DNA of 64,000 nucleotides from a virus: IMG/VR virus record IMGVR_UViG_3300044712_000732, positions 125,776 to 189,775 of that record; one strand, 5' to 3'. Shown piece by piece: positions 19,252 to 29,364 of this stretch (position 1 is its first letter; each line of letters starts with the position of its first letter). The notes under the pieces were generated by a model. It saw only the letters and a program-made list of their open reading frames with translations, ran no database searches and was not told where the DNA came from. The position numbers and the translations under genes were made by a program.

Positions 19252-19785
19252 ATGAAGCAAAAAGAATCAGAAAACAGAATTAATTATTCAATTAAAGATT
19301 TAACCGTAAGGTTAGTTGGTGATAATGTTACAAATGGTGTAATTGACACTAAAAGTGCAATAAAATTGGCTAGAGATATGGAATTAGATTTGGTCGAAAT
19401 TTCGGGTCCAGTTAACGGAAATCCATCAATTTGCAAAATAGTTGACTATCAAAAATATCTTTACGACAAAAAGAAAAAAGATAAAGATCAAAAGAAAAAG
19501 CAAAAATTAAGTCAGTCAGAAGTCAAAGAAATTAGAATGACCCCGCATACTGATGAACACGATTTTAATTTTAAATTAAATCATGCTAAAAACTTCTTAA
19601 CCAATAACGATAAAGTATTAGTTTCAGTATTCTTTAAGGGTAGAGAAATATCATATAAAGAACAAGGTCAAATTGTTTTATTAAAATTTGCAAAGGAATT
19701 GGAAGATATTGGCATACCTGAGTATTTACCTAAACTAGAAGGAAAAAAAATGCTAATGATGATTAAACCTAAACCAAAAAAATAA
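19252..19785 (+). CDS. infC: translation initiation factor IF-3
   Basis: Full-length similarity to bacterial IF-3: ...VRLVGDNV...LDLVEISGPVNGNPSICKIVDY.KY.Y...KEIRMTPHTDEHDFNFKLNHAKNFL...FKGREISYKEQG...LPKLEGKKMLMMIKPK. Confidence 0.85.
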   Translation: MKQKESENRINYSIKDLTVRLVGDNVTNGVIDTKSAIKLARDMELDLVEISGPVNGNPSICKIVDYQKYLYDKKKKDKDQKKKQKLSQSEVKEIRMTPHTDEHDFNFKLNHAKNFLTNNDKVLVSVFFKGREISYKEQGQIVLLKFAKELEDIGIPEYLPKLEGKKMLMMIKPKPKK

Positions 19786-19789
19786 AAAA

Positions 19790-19813
19790 GCAGAATAATC
19801 TGCTTTTTTATTT
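19790..19813. terminator. bidirectional intrinsic terminator between convergent genes
   Basis: aaaaaaGCAGAataaTCTGCttttttatttttt. Confidence 0.55.
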
Positions 19814-19814
19814 T

Positions 19815-20237
19815 TTAAAATTGGGGAATATCACGCTTATTTATATTAATATTATAATCTTTTAATATATTAAACATTATATTTGCTGTTTTTCTATCTG
19901 CATATAGAGAATTACGAATACTATTATTATAATATATTACATTGTTTTCAATATTAAATGTTATATTTTGAATTCGTACATCTTGAATTTCACCTGTTCC
20001 AATTAAGCATAACATTTTAGGATGTGGTAATTCAATTTTAAACACATTAAAAAGAAATGGTGTCGTATCATCATCTACTGGTTTAAAAGTTATAGAATCA
20101 CTTATATATTTTTTTAAAATTAAATCAGATGCCATTTTTATATATTGTTTATGTCTAAGATCATCATAATTTTTAACTTTATCTATATATGAATTATATG
20201 TGTTGACCATTAATTCATTAAATTTAAAAATTTTCAT
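19815..20237 (-). CDS. hypothetical protein (140 aa)
   Basis: ORF. Confidence 0.45.
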   Translation of the reverse strand: MKIFKFNELMVNTYNSYIDKVKNYDDLRHKQYIKMASDLILKKYISDSITFKPVDDDTTPFLFNVFKIELPHPKMLCLIGTGEIQDVRIQNITFNIENNVIYYNNSIRNSLYADRKTANIMFNILKDYNININKRDIPQF

Positions 20238-20280
20238 ATTATTTTTTTTAATATATATATTAATTTAAAAATGATAAAAT

Positions 20281-21087
20281 ATGATAAAATTATTTGAAAA
20301 ATGGTTAATTTTTGAAAGATTAAATTCTGCTAAAGGTCGAAATATGATGAAATTGGTCGATTATTTTGAAAAATCCATCAAAGAAAAAGAAGCAGAATTA
20401 CCAGAATTCTTTCAAATACATTATCCCCACATATTCGATAATTGGGCTTTAGAAAATTCAAACTATTTTGTAGAATTAGATGAATATGATTCAGAAGAAG
20501 AAGCATATGAAAATGTTATATATCCAACAACATATTATGAATTAGAATCTGATATTCTAGAAAAATACAAAAATTTTTTAATTGAAATTGTTGATAATGT
20601 TTTTAAAAAAAATCCATATAATTTAGATTTGTGTATATTACCATTATATGTAACATATACTTATGAAGATGATGTAATTGATGGGTGGCTAGTTCATTTT
20701 ACTGATTATGAAAAAAATATTAAATCTATACTAAAATCACAACACTTCCAAGGAATTCCAAATATGTATAATTTAGCAATAACAAGCACAAATGAAGATG
20801 ATTATAGTGAAGATGGTTATTGTTTTGGATTTGATATATCTGATGTATATGAAAATTTTAAAGATGGATATTCACATTATGGTAATTTTGGTATTTTATT
20901 TAAATCTAGTGGAATAAAACTTTACCATAATGGTGATGATGAACATCAAGTAGTATTCATTGGAAATCAAGTCAGTAATTTAATTCCTTTTTGGTATGAT
21001 CCAAATACAAAAGAACTTTACAATAAAAATAAGACTATTAGGTCAAATGATTATGAATACTTTTTTGAACAAATCATTGAATCTTAA
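20281..21087 (+). CDS. hypothetical protein (268 aa)
   Basis: ORF. Confidence 0.5.
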   Translation: MIKLFEKWLIFERLNSAKGRNMMKLVDYFEKSIKEKEAELPEFFQIHYPHIFDNWALENSNYFVELDEYDSEEEAYENVIYPTTYYELESDILEKYKNFLIEIVDNVFKKNPYNLDLCILPLYVTYTYEDDVIDGWLVHFTDYEKNIKSILKSQHFQGIPNMYNLAITSTNEDDYSEDGYCFGFDISDVYENFKDGYSHYGNFGILFKSSGIKLYHNGDDEHQVVFIGNQVSNLIPFWYDPNTKELYNKNKTIRSNDYEYFFEQIIES

Positions 21088-21338
21088 TTGTTGTGCTTAT
21101 TATAATATTTAGATACAGTATAATTAAACCAATTTTTTGCAACTAAGTTAGCTTCGATTGAATAAATTAATAAATCCTTTATTTTATTGAGAAAATTATA
21201 AGTCATTTCATTTTGAAACATAACATTAGAAAAAGAATTTTTAATTAAACCATCTTCATAATCAAAGCCAGATTTAATATTATCATTTATATGTTTTAAT
21301 TCATATAATTCTTTTATTTGTATATCTTTTTCTATCAT
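21084..21338 (-). CDS. hypothetical protein (84 aa)
   Basis: ORF in minus-strand operon. Confidence 0.35.
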   Translation of the reverse strand: MIEKDIQIKELYELKHINDNIKSGFDYEDGLIKNSFSNVMFQNEMTYNFLNKIKDLLIYSIEANLVAKNWFNYTVSKYYNKHNN

Positions 21339-21347
21339 AGTATGTTA

Positions 21348-21938
21348 TTATTTTGTGTTTAAATCAAATTCCACTATTTTATCTTTTGGTTTGATTGTTA
21401 TTATATTAACAATTTTTTTCATATTATATAACACCATCATTTTACCATTACCAAATGGATTATTCATTAAATCGTAATCTACTCCATTTTTAATATAAAA
21501 TTCCCTAAGATATTTGGTATTTGTTGATTTTATTGCTTTTTCATTTAAAATAATGTTATTAAAAATATATCCTGGAACTTTACCATCTTTGATATATTTT
21601 TCTAATCTATTCATTACCATTTTTTTCAAACTTCCAATTACATAAAATTTTATAAATTCTTTAACCTTTTCAATATCTAAAAATACTTTATTAATATCAA
21701 CACCATATTCAACTGTAATCAAATATAATTTTCGACTTCCTTTTGCATATCGTATTGCGGTACTATAATCTGTTGCTATATATAAACCAGCACCATACTC
21801 ATATCTACCATTTTTTTGTGCAATAATATCATCATAATGGTCAAGATTTCCACCATGCCAAAAATTCATAGTGTTTGGTATGTTGGGTGGAAAAATTTCT
21901 TCTTCGTTTAATTTGAATTTATCAAATTGTAATATCAT
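21348..21938 (-). CDS. hypothetical protein (196 aa)
   Basis: ORF. Confidence 0.45.
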   Translation of the reverse strand: MILQFDKFKLNEEEIFPPNIPNTMNFWHGGNLDHYDDIIAQKNGRYEYGAGLYIATDYSTAIRYAKGSRKLYLITVEYGVDINKVFLDIEKVKEFIKFYVIGSLKKMVMNRLEKYIKDGKVPGYIFNNIILNEKAIKSTNTKYLREFYIKNGVDYDLMNNPFGNGKMMVLYNMKKIVNIITIKPKDKIVEFDLNTK

Positions 21939-22261
21939 AAACTACTTTTTCTTTCGATTGCTTCAGCAGATGGTATTTTATCAGTTACATATTCAATTAG
22001 ATTTGATAATGATTCAACTTCATCTTTAACATCATCATCTGATGATTCCATTTTTAAATACACATCATATGATTCATTGCCTACTTTATCAATTTCAATT
22101 TTTCTGATTTCTCCAGATTTGGGTATATAAAAAAATAAAGATTCGTCACCTCTTTGTAATTGAAATCCAAGTGTTTCTAATTTATCCATTTCTATTTCAT
22201 TCCAAGCTGTATCACTTTTTGATTTTTTAAAAAACCCTTCATAAGTTTTAATTATTTTCAT
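21935..22261 (-). CDS. hypothetical acidic protein (108 aa)
   Basis: ORF; 4-nt overlaps with neighbours. Confidence 0.4.
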   Translation of the reverse strand: MKIIKTYEGFFKKSKSDTAWNEIEMDKLETLGFQLQRGDESLFFYIPKSGEIRKIEIDKVGNESYDVYLKMESSDDDVKDEVESLSNLIEYVTDKIPSAEAIERKSSL

Positions 22262-22539
22262 ATTATATTATATTTTTTTCCTTTCATTAAAATATCTAAA
22301 TCTTTTGGATATAAATTTTCTGTTGTTGTTTTTTTAAGAAATACGGTATTATCTATTTTTTGATATTTTTTAAGTAATTTATACATATCATTTAAATCAT
22401 ATGGATTATATTTAATTGTATTTCCAAATTTATCATTTGGTGTATCAAGTAATTCTTCATCATTATATTTATCTAAATGAAATAATTCATACTGTATATC
22501 TTCATCTATTTGAAAATTTTCAAATTTTTTTAAAATCAT
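22258..22539 (-). CDS. hypothetical protein (93 aa)
   Basis: ORF. Confidence 0.4.
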   Translation of the reverse strand: MILKKFENFQIDEDIQYELFHLDKYNDEELLDTPNDKFGNTIKYNPYDLNDMYKLLKKYQKIDNTVFLKKTTTENLYPKDLDILMKGKKYNII

Positions 22540-23084
22540 ACTGTTAATTTATCTTTTTTGTTACTCCAAATATAATAACCTTGATATTCATTTTCATATA
22601 CCATTCCACCCAACGTTGATATGACATTTAATGTTGTATCAAACGTTATTGTTTGTTGAAAAGTGTATTTTAATGATTCTTTATCAATAAAAGATAATGG
22701 TTTTAATTTAATACCAAATATATCCAATGAATCTGGAATATCTGAATAAAATTCCGACAAAGCATAAGTTACTAAGTTTTCTCTAATATTTTCAATATCT
22801 TCTTTATCAAAAATATAACATTTAAATATTACACGTTCAGAACCAAGAATATCGCCTGTTATATCATTTAGTTTATATAAATGTTTTTTCTTATCTAACA
22901 AATCCACATATTGATCATATGTTTTATAATAATCAACAAGTGTTTTAGTATATTTATTTCCAGCTAATTTAATATTATAGAAAAATTCGTCTATTTTAAC
23001 ATTTGGAATTTGAAATTCGTATAACGAATTCCATTCTGTAAATTTTGTAATATTTAATGTTTCTTTCATATTTTTTTCATTCAA
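22536..23084 (-). CDS. hypothetical protein (182 aa)
   Basis: ORF. Confidence 0.45.
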   Translation of the reverse strand: MNEKNMKETLNITKFTEWNSLYEFQIPNVKIDEFFYNIKLAGNKYTKTLVDYYKTYDQYVDLLDKKKHLYKLNDITGDILGSERVIFKCYIFDKEDIENIRENLVTYALSEFYSDIPDSLDIFGIKLKPLSFIDKESLKYTFQQTITFDTTLNVISTLGGMVYENEYQGYYIWSNKKDKLTV

Positions 23085-23086
23085 TT

Positions 23087-23407
23087 TTAAATTAAATTAA
23101 AAGAATTAAATTCTTTTATATGTTTCAATTTTTTATTTTTGGAATTATCATCTTTTTCTTTAGCTATAAAATCATCTAAAATTTCATTTAATATTTCTTT
23201 CACTAATTGATGATATTCTATTTCATCTTTCACTAGATTTATTCCTTTGTTCTTGATATCTTCTAAAATATCATTGAATCTTTTATTGTTTTTATAATAT
23301 TTTTTAAGTGAACTTGGTTTTGCTCCTTTTTTAATATAAAAACTAATAATTGGATATAATTCTTTAAATATGTCCGATTTAGCTTGTTTTTTTATTGATT
23401 TTTCCAT
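23087..23407 (-). CDS. hypothetical protein (106 aa)
   Basis: ORF. Confidence 0.4.
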   Translation of the reverse strand: MEKSIKKQAKSDIFKELYPIISFYIKKGAKPSSLKKYYKNNKRFNDILEDIKNKGINLVKDEIEYHQLVKEILNEILDDFIAKEKDDNSKNKKLKHIKEFNSFNLI

Positions 23408-23527
23408 ATTCTATATATATAATTTTAAAATTTTCATTTTTATATATATCATATGATTATATGGTGAAAATTGAATTGTCCTGTGTAGTAAATTCTAGAA
23501 CAATCATAAATATGGATTACCTAAAAA

Positions 23528-23986
23528 TTAAATTAATGATTGAAATTTTACATATTTTTTAGGACACAAATAAAAATTTCGATAACTTTTTTCTTTTTTA
23601 TCATACAATTCTTTAAAAAACCAATTTTTATATGTACTACTATATATTATTAAACACTTGGTTTTAGAAGCATTTAATATTATATAGCAATATAATGTCC
23701 TTATATTTCTTTTATCTATTTTATATTTTTCATCAACAATTATATCTTGGTATGGTACATCATCAAATGTCATAAAATCTATTTCTTTCCATTGTTTGAC
23801 TTCAACCCGCATTGATATTTTTATATCACCATCATCAGTATGTTCATATCTCGATTCTTCATCTGGTGTTACAGTATATGGTAAAATCTCACTATCAAAA
23901 CCCAATTTTGTCATCCAATTATTAACAACAATTGTTGCTTTTTTAGCATCATTTAAATTTTGCGTAAAAATGTTTCTGGGTTTCAT
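23528..23986 (-). CDS. hypothetical protein (152 aa)
   Basis: ORF; 4-nt overlap with the PolB fragment gene. Confidence 0.45.
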   Translation of the reverse strand: MKPRNIFTQNLNDAKKATIVVNNWMTKLGFDSEILPYTVTPDEESRYEHTDDGDIKISMRVEVKQWKEIDFMTFDDVPYQDIIVDEKYKIDKRNIRTLYCYIILNASKTKCLIIYSSTYKNWFFKELYDKKEKSYRNFYLCPKKYVKFQSLI

Positions 23987-25353
23987 ATTGAAAATATTGA
24001 ATTTAATACTGACAATCTTTTATTTATTGTTGGTAATCCTATTGGTTCGAGAAAACGATTCACAATATGTAAGAATGTTAAATCAAATTGTTCATCAAAA
24101 TCAATTTTAACACCTTCTTTTTCTACAATTTCATATGGATGCATACTTCTTTGAAAAGCAAAAACATTATTTTTAGGATGATTACAATAATAATATTTTA
24201 TTCTTCCACCTCTTATATTATCATATTTTACTTTATATTCCGAATTTTTGTTTAATAAATAATTGTGTAATGCTGCAGCTTTAACACCAAAATGCGCACC
24301 TTTAATACATACAACATCGGTTACATCATCTATACACTTAATTGAATAATTACTACAACTAGTGGTCATACTAATATCTTCGATATCTGCCATTATAAAT
24401 TCTCGCTTCATATCTTTAACCAATTTTAAAACTTTTCTAATATCAATATTATTAGGATTTCCAAATATATACCTTAAAAAATCATAAATATTTTCTCTAA
24501 CAAATGGTGGTGTAGAAGATTTAACAATCTCAACACCCTTTGGATAAAAATATGTCAAATTTTCATAAAAAATTCCATCTTCCCAAACAACATTGTTTAT
24601 GTAATTCTTTTTTTGAATATGTAATGCTGAACGATTAATTGTTTCAAGTTCAAATACATGAAGATTTTTAACACCATATCTTGATGCATATTCAACAAGC
24701 CAACTGTTATATAATTTTTCAACAAATATTCTATTAGCATGTAATATCCAATCCAATTCTTCACCCATATAATTAGATGAATCAATCATTGGTTTAAAAG
24801 AAATATATAATGAATCGGTATCACCATATATGATTATTGGCTTTTCTTTTGGAATTTGTTCTATATGTGAAAAGTCACCAATTATTCTTTTAAATAAAAT
24901 ATTATAACTTTTAAATTCTTTCTTATCTTCAATTAAATCGAATTTATTTATATTTAACTTTTTTAATAACCCATCATCACCATCTAATGAATTGTGTGGA
25001 TAATTAATATTCATTCCATTAATATCCAACAAGAAATATTTACCTTCTTTTTCGGCTATATATTCTAAACCTAATCTTTTGTGGGTTTCGATATCCAAAT
25101 GCCACTCATTATAAAAATATTGTTCAATTTTTTTCAACATAAAATTTATAACATCACGACCATGTGCAGTAATAGCATTTGCTATATGTGAATTTGATAT
25201 TACAAAATGCGGATTTGCGAATGCGCCGTATGTTCCGTTAATCACGAGCTTAAGTGCTAATTGCATCGCTTTCGCTCTATCATATTCAGCTTTTGTTTCG
25301 TCTATTCGACTTTTTAATTCCGCAATTTTTTGTCTTTTTTCATCAGGTGTCAT
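23983..25353 (-). CDS. family B DNA polymerase, C-terminal fragment (motif B and motif C palm plus thumb); separately encoded from the exonuclease domain
   Basis: Motif B KLVINGTYGAF (KxxxNSxYG) at residues ~34-44 and motif C IIIYGDTDSLYISF; ORF starts immediately before motif B. No motif A (DxxSLYPS) in this ORF or the flanking DNA. Confidence 0.8.
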   Translation of the reverse strand: MTPDEKRQKIAELKSRIDETKAEYDRAKAMQLALKLVINGTYGAFANPHFVISNSHIANAITAHGRDVINFMLKKIEQYFYNEWHLDIETHKRLGLEYIAEKEGKYFLLDINGMNINYPHNSLDGDDGLLKKLNINKFDLIEDKKEFKSYNILFKRIIGDFSHIEQIPKEKPIIIYGDTDSLYISFKPMIDSSNYMGEELDWILHANRIFVEKLYNSWLVEYASRYGVKNLHVFELETINRSALHIQKKNYINNVVWEDGIFYENLTYFYPKGVEIVKSSTPPFVRENIYDFLRYIFGNPNNIDIRKVLKLVKDMKREFIMADIEDISMTTSCSNYSIKCIDDVTDVVCIKGAHFGVKAAALHNYLLNKNSEYKVKYDNIRGGRIKYYYCNHPKNNVFAFQRSMHPYEIVEKEGVKIDFDEQFDLTFLHIVNRFLEPIGLPTINKRLSVLNSIFSI

Positions 25354-25446
25354 TTAATATAATATATTTTTCTATATTTAGCATAAAAAAATTTTTTTGT
25401 TTATAAATTGTTTTCTGTTTTTAATATATAAGAAAAAAAATACAAT

Positions 25447-25848
25447 ATGCATATACAATTATTTAATGAACATCATAATGATTTAGAAATTTGGAAAAAA
25501 ATGATGGATGAATATGATTTAAAATATTTTACAGAATTAAGTCAATTATCTAAATCTGATTTAGAACAAATGAGGGAAGATTGGAAAGCGATGAGAAGAT
25601 ATGCGTTATATAAATTAAATCTAGAATTAAATAATTCTGGTAAAATTGGACAATTATTGAATGTTGATGTTGAAGATTCAGAATTATATCCATATTTAGA
25701 TGATAAAGAAGCCAAATTCGGTGGAAATAAAGAACATTTAACATATAAACAATTATTCTTTAAATATTCTAGAATATTAGATTTTAATGATGGATATAAG
25801 CCAAAAAATTTAATATTGATAACCAAAGAATTGAAAAATCTCAAATAG
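25447..25848 (+). CDS. hypothetical protein (133 aa)
   Basis: ORF. Confidence 0.4.
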   Translation: MHIQLFNEHHNDLEIWKKMMDEYDLKYFTELSQLSKSDLEQMREDWKAMRRYALYKLNLELNNSGKIGQLLNVDVEDSELYPYLDDKEAKFGGNKEHLTYKQLFFKYSRILDFNDGYKPKNLILITKELKNLK

Positions 25849-27085
25849 TTTTTAATCCAACTTGCCAATATGTTTTACCAGATAATATAATAGACACTTG
25901 ATTACTTAATCCATTTATAGTGTGTTCTAATATATTATTTGTATTTGAAAAATTAATTATACCGCCATCCCAAGCTGAAATATTCATTAATGATGCAATT
26001 CTATCAATTCTACATGCATATCCATAATAACAATCATTTCCGATATATGATCCGGCAAAAACTAATCCGATAATTTTTTTAACTCCCGAAAAATCAGCAA
26101 TTAACGCAGAACCAGAATCACCACGATTTATAGGATATGGACAATCTGGGTGCATTGGCTGTGTTGAACCTGTTGTAGCAACAAATTCAATTAGATCAGA
26201 ATAGCTAACGTTTATATATTTTCCTTGTTTTTTATAATAAATATTTGAAATAACTGATGGAAATTGTGAAATTCGTAATTTTGTAATCCCTTCACCTTTC
26301 CCACCTGTTGTTCTTCCTGCACTATATAATAATGGATTATATGATGATGATCCAGGAATTAAAATATTATTAATTTCTTCAGTTGTCGCAAATGGTAGTG
26401 GGTTTGTAAAACTCAATCCTTCATATTTATATGATGTATTATTTGAAAATGTGTCTCCTGAATTAATTGTTGTTAATGCAACATCGACATAATTATAACC
26501 ATATGAACTTATTGGATAATATTTTTTAACAACACCAATTGGATGATTATCAGATATGCTTTCGTGTGGTTGTGTTACGATATTATTCTTAATGTTACTA
26601 ATTATGCTAGTTGAACTTCTTTCCGAGCATATAAAAGCATCATCAATAAAAACATGATTATTAGATACACCAACCAAAGAATTAGTATCATTATCTTTAG
26701 CAATAAATCCCAATGTGCCTGTTGAGTTTGGCATTGATGTAATATTACTTGCTGATATTCCACCTTTCAATGGTCTAAAAATATTTTTATTTGATATCGT
26801 TGTACCAGACCAAATGTAAAATTTAGGATCACAACCCAATAATTTAAAATCTTTTTGTACAACATCAGTTTTAATAAATTGATCATTTATATTAATCTCA
26901 TTTGGTAATAACTGATCTTCAGTCAATTGATCTTTTGGTATTTTTTCTTTAACTGAAAAAACGATTGATTTTTCATCTGTTAATATTCCATTAACAGATT
27001 TATATCCATATCCAACACCAATTATATTGTCATCTGTATTTTGATGGTATTCTTCAATAGTCTTTAATAATTCTTCATGGCCCAT
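25841..27085 (-). CDS. trypsin-like serine protease domain protein (414 aa)
   Basis: C-terminal INRGDSGSALI (GDSGx serine motif) with upstream His (NNHVF) and Asp candidates; Gly/Ser-rich beta-type sequence. Confidence 0.55.
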   Translation of the reverse strand: MGHEELLKTIEEYHQNTDDNIIGVGYGYKSVNGILTDEKSIVFSVKEKIPKDQLTEDQLLPNEININDQFIKTDVVQKDFKLLGCDPKFYIWSGTTISNKNIFRPLKGGISASNITSMPNSTGTLGFIAKDNDTNSLVGVSNNHVFIDDAFICSERSSTSIISNIKNNIVTQPHESISDNHPIGVVKKYYPISSYGYNYVDVALTTINSGDTFSNNTSYKYEGLSFTNPLPFATTEEINNILIPGSSSYNPLLYSAGRTTGGKGEGITKLRISQFPSVISNIYYKKQGKYINVSYSDLIEFVATTGSTQPMHPDCPYPINRGDSGSALIADFSGVKKIIGLVFAGSYIGNDCYYGYACRIDRIASLMNISAWDGGIINFSNTNNILEHTINGLSNQVSIILSGKTYWQVGLKTI

Positions 27086-27089
27086 AATA

Positions 27090-27863
27090 TTATAATAAAT
27101 TTGGGATGTGTATAAACACAGTTACTATTCTAGTTGTCGTCGTCGTTGTCGTAGGTGCTACGGTTGTCGTCGTCGTTGTCGTAGGTGCTACGGTTGTCGT
27201 CGTCGTTGTTATTGGTCTTCTAGTAGTTGTCGTCGTTGTTATTGGTCTTCTAGTAGTTGTCGTCGTTGTTATTGGTCTTCTAGTAGTTGTCGTCGTTGTT
27301 ATTGGTCTTCTAGTAGTTGTTGTCGTTGTTGTTATTGGTCTTCTAGTAGTTGTTGTCGTTGTTGTTATTGGTCTTCTAGTAGTTGTTGTCGTTGTTGTTA
27401 TTGGTCTTCTAGTAGTTTTTGGTCTATTTGTTATTATTTTTGATCTATTTACAGATGATAATAATACAATTGTTGTAGTAATTGTTGTAGTTGGAACAAA
27501 AATAAAATCAGATTCAAATATTCGTAAATTCATAGTATGCCAATCTGTTGCTGTTTCTGAAAAAGCAAAAAATATATTTGTTCCTGTTGAATATTTAATT
27601 TTAGCTATTGAAATTATATAATAATTTAAAAATTTATTTATTAATAAATAATTTGAATTATTATTTGATAAATATTGTACTAAATTTTTGCTATAACCCT
27701 TACCTCTTAAAGATAATGGAATTGTATTGAAATCAATTTCAACTTCAGCTAAAAATGTGATATTATTTTTTTCAAAAAAATCAAATATATTAGAATATGT
27801 GCCAGATTTAAGTTTAAATTTAACATAATGATCATTTAACCAACAATATCCAACATTTGTCAT
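27090..27863 (-). CDS. GNAT-like N-terminal domain protein with C-terminal Thr-rich tandem repeat (RRPITTTTTTT)x7
   Basis: EVEIDF...LRGKGYSKNLVQYL resembles GNAT motif A; followed by a PT-rich repeat and hydrophobic tail. Stop is 4 nt before the protease gene start. Confidence 0.4.
   Translation of the reverse strand: MTNVGYCWLNDHYVKFKLKSGTYSNIFDFFEKNNITFLAEVEIDFNTIPLSLRGKGYSKNLVQYLSNNNSNYLLINKFLNYYIISIAKIKYSTGTNIFFAFSETATDWHTMNLRIFESDFIFVPTTTITTTIVLLSSVNRSKIITNRPKTTRRPITTTTTTTRRPITTTTTTTRRPITTTTTTTRRPITTTTTTRRPITTTTTTRRPITTTTTTRRPITTTTTTVAPTTTTTTTVAPTTTTTTTRIVTVFIHIPNLL
27118..27425. repeat. Near-perfect 30/33-nt tandem repeats (cgtcgttgtt(gtt)attggtcttctagtagttgt) x ~9 encoding the Thr-rich linker
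   Basis: Direct reading; repeat units differ by a single 3-nt indel and the array stays in frame. Confidence 0.9.
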
Positions 27864-27917
27864 TTTTATAATTATTTAATTTTTTTATATATTAAAATTA
27901 AATAATGATAAAAATAA

Positions 27918-28205
27918 TCACCAACTATTCGCAAATCGAATTTTGTGTACACCATCTGGTATTTCCGATACAATGATTTCAAATCCATCTGTCATATCTT
28001 TACTGTATTCGTGTTTTGGTATAGGTATTTCTAATTTTTCATCTAATAATGACAAATATGGATACTTATTCCCAAAATATTCAGCAGTTTCTTTTGGTAA
28101 TTCTTTAATACCTGCTTCTAAACAAGCAATCAATACTTTTGATTGTTTCTTATAATTTTCATTTTCGGGTGAAACAAACCCTGTGATTTTCGTTGACATT
28201 CCCAT
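27918..28205 (-). CDS. hypothetical protein (95 aa)
   Basis: ORF. Confidence 0.4.
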   Translation of the reverse strand: MGMSTKITGFVSPENENYKKQSKVLIACLEAGIKELPKETAEYFGNKYPYLSLLDEKLEIPIPKHEYSKDMTDGFEIIVSEIPDGVHKIRFANSW

Positions 28206-28216
28206 TTTTTAATAAT

Positions 28217-28753
28217 TTATTTATTAATTAATTCTTTAATTGCATTTATTCCGTTTTCATTAATGTTCCTCGTACCGATTCCAGCAAATTTTTTTGTTAA
28301 TTTTGGTATTTCTTCATATATTTCAAAACTTTCTGATTCATAATCATAATAATACCATTGATTAGCAGTTTGTTCAAACAAAAAAATTGGTTTTTTATTA
28401 TCTATTGCACAAGATACTGCATATCCTGTTCCACCACATACGTTATTTATATCATCTAACATACCAATAGCAAAAATAGTATCTGAACATTTTACTTGAA
28501 ACCAATCTCTTGATATTAAATTTTTAATATACGATGATAGATTTGAAATATTTCGATTTAATCTAACATTAGCAATTTTAATATGTTCATATCCTTCTTT
28601 AAGCTGTTTTGGTGACAATATATGACGGTTCTTTGAATCTGTATCGTGACCATCAAAAGAAAATGCGACTACATCAAAACCTTTCTTTATAGCTTCATTT
28701 TCGAATATAGTATCTGATCCTTTTGCACCCCCAGAATAACAAGTATATTTCAT
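28217..28753 (-). CDS. SLOG/DprA-LOG-like Rossmann-fold protein
   Basis: N-terminal YSGGAKGSDTIFENEAIKKG (compare DprA SGxARGIDxxAH) and later CGGTGYAVSCAI...PIFLF. Confidence 0.35.
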   Translation of the reverse strand: MKYTCYSGGAKGSDTIFENEAIKKGFDVVAFSFDGHDTDSKNRHILSPKQLKEGYEHIKIANVRLNRNISNLSSYIKNLISRDWFQVKCSDTIFAIGMLDDINNVCGGTGYAVSCAIDNKKPIFLFEQTANQWYYYDYESESFEIYEEIPKLTKKFAGIGTRNINENGINAIKELINK

Positions 28754-29352
28754 ATTTTTAAATTAAAATTCAATTTTAAAAAATTAGAATCATCATCAAT
28801 TCTAGTATCATCAATTTTTTTCATTTTATCAATAATCTTTCTAAAATTTGAATTGGATATATCTAAAATATTAAAAATACAAGATAATCTACAAGGATAA
28901 TATCCATCTATTGATATTGTTCCAAATCTATTGTTTTTTTGTGGTTCTTCTTGATCACCCAAATAATATTCTAATGTCATATTATCTAAATTTATTATAT
29001 AGCCATATTCACAATATAACGATTCTTTTATAAATTGATTATCTATAATATAATCTTCTATTTTTCCATCATACATTTCAATAAGCCATTCTGTGCTTTG
29101 TATATCACTAAATAAATCAGAATTATTTGGACTTGTGTATTGTTTATATTTGTCGATCATTTCTTTGTCAGTAATATCGACATTTTTTAATTTTGATGAT
29201 CGTTCTTTAAAAGTTTTCCAACCTTTTTCATTATTTATTCTAACAATCAAATCTAAAACATCTTCACCCAATCCATCAGGATCAGAATTTTCATTATTAT
29301 AACCCAATGATAATTTATCCTGATAAATTATTCCTACTACACCTTTACACAT
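28750..29352 (-). CDS. hypothetical protein (200 aa)
   Basis: ORF. Confidence 0.45.
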   Translation of the reverse strand: MCKGVVGIIYQDKLSLGYNNENSDPDGLGEDVLDLIVRINNEKGWKTFKERSSKLKNVDITDKEMIDKYKQYTSPNNSDLFSDIQSTEWLIEMYDGKIEDYIIDNQFIKESLYCEYGYIINLDNMTLEYYLGDQEEPQKNNRFGTISIDGYYPCRLSCIFNILDISNSNFRKIIDKMKKIDDTRIDDDSNFLKLNFNLKI

Positions 29353-29364
29353 ATTTAACTTAAT

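Noticed and set aside
27118-27425. CRISPR array?
   Set aside because: Repeats are directly tandem with no spacers, in frame within a coding region, and there are no cas genes. This is a coding minisatellite, not CRISPR.
27106-27621. Plus-strand ORFs 27106-27621 and 27108-27443 (poly-Val / Cys-Arg-rich)
   Set aside because: Antisense or alternative-frame translations of the tandem DNA repeat encoding the Thr-rich linker. They are low-complexity artefacts.
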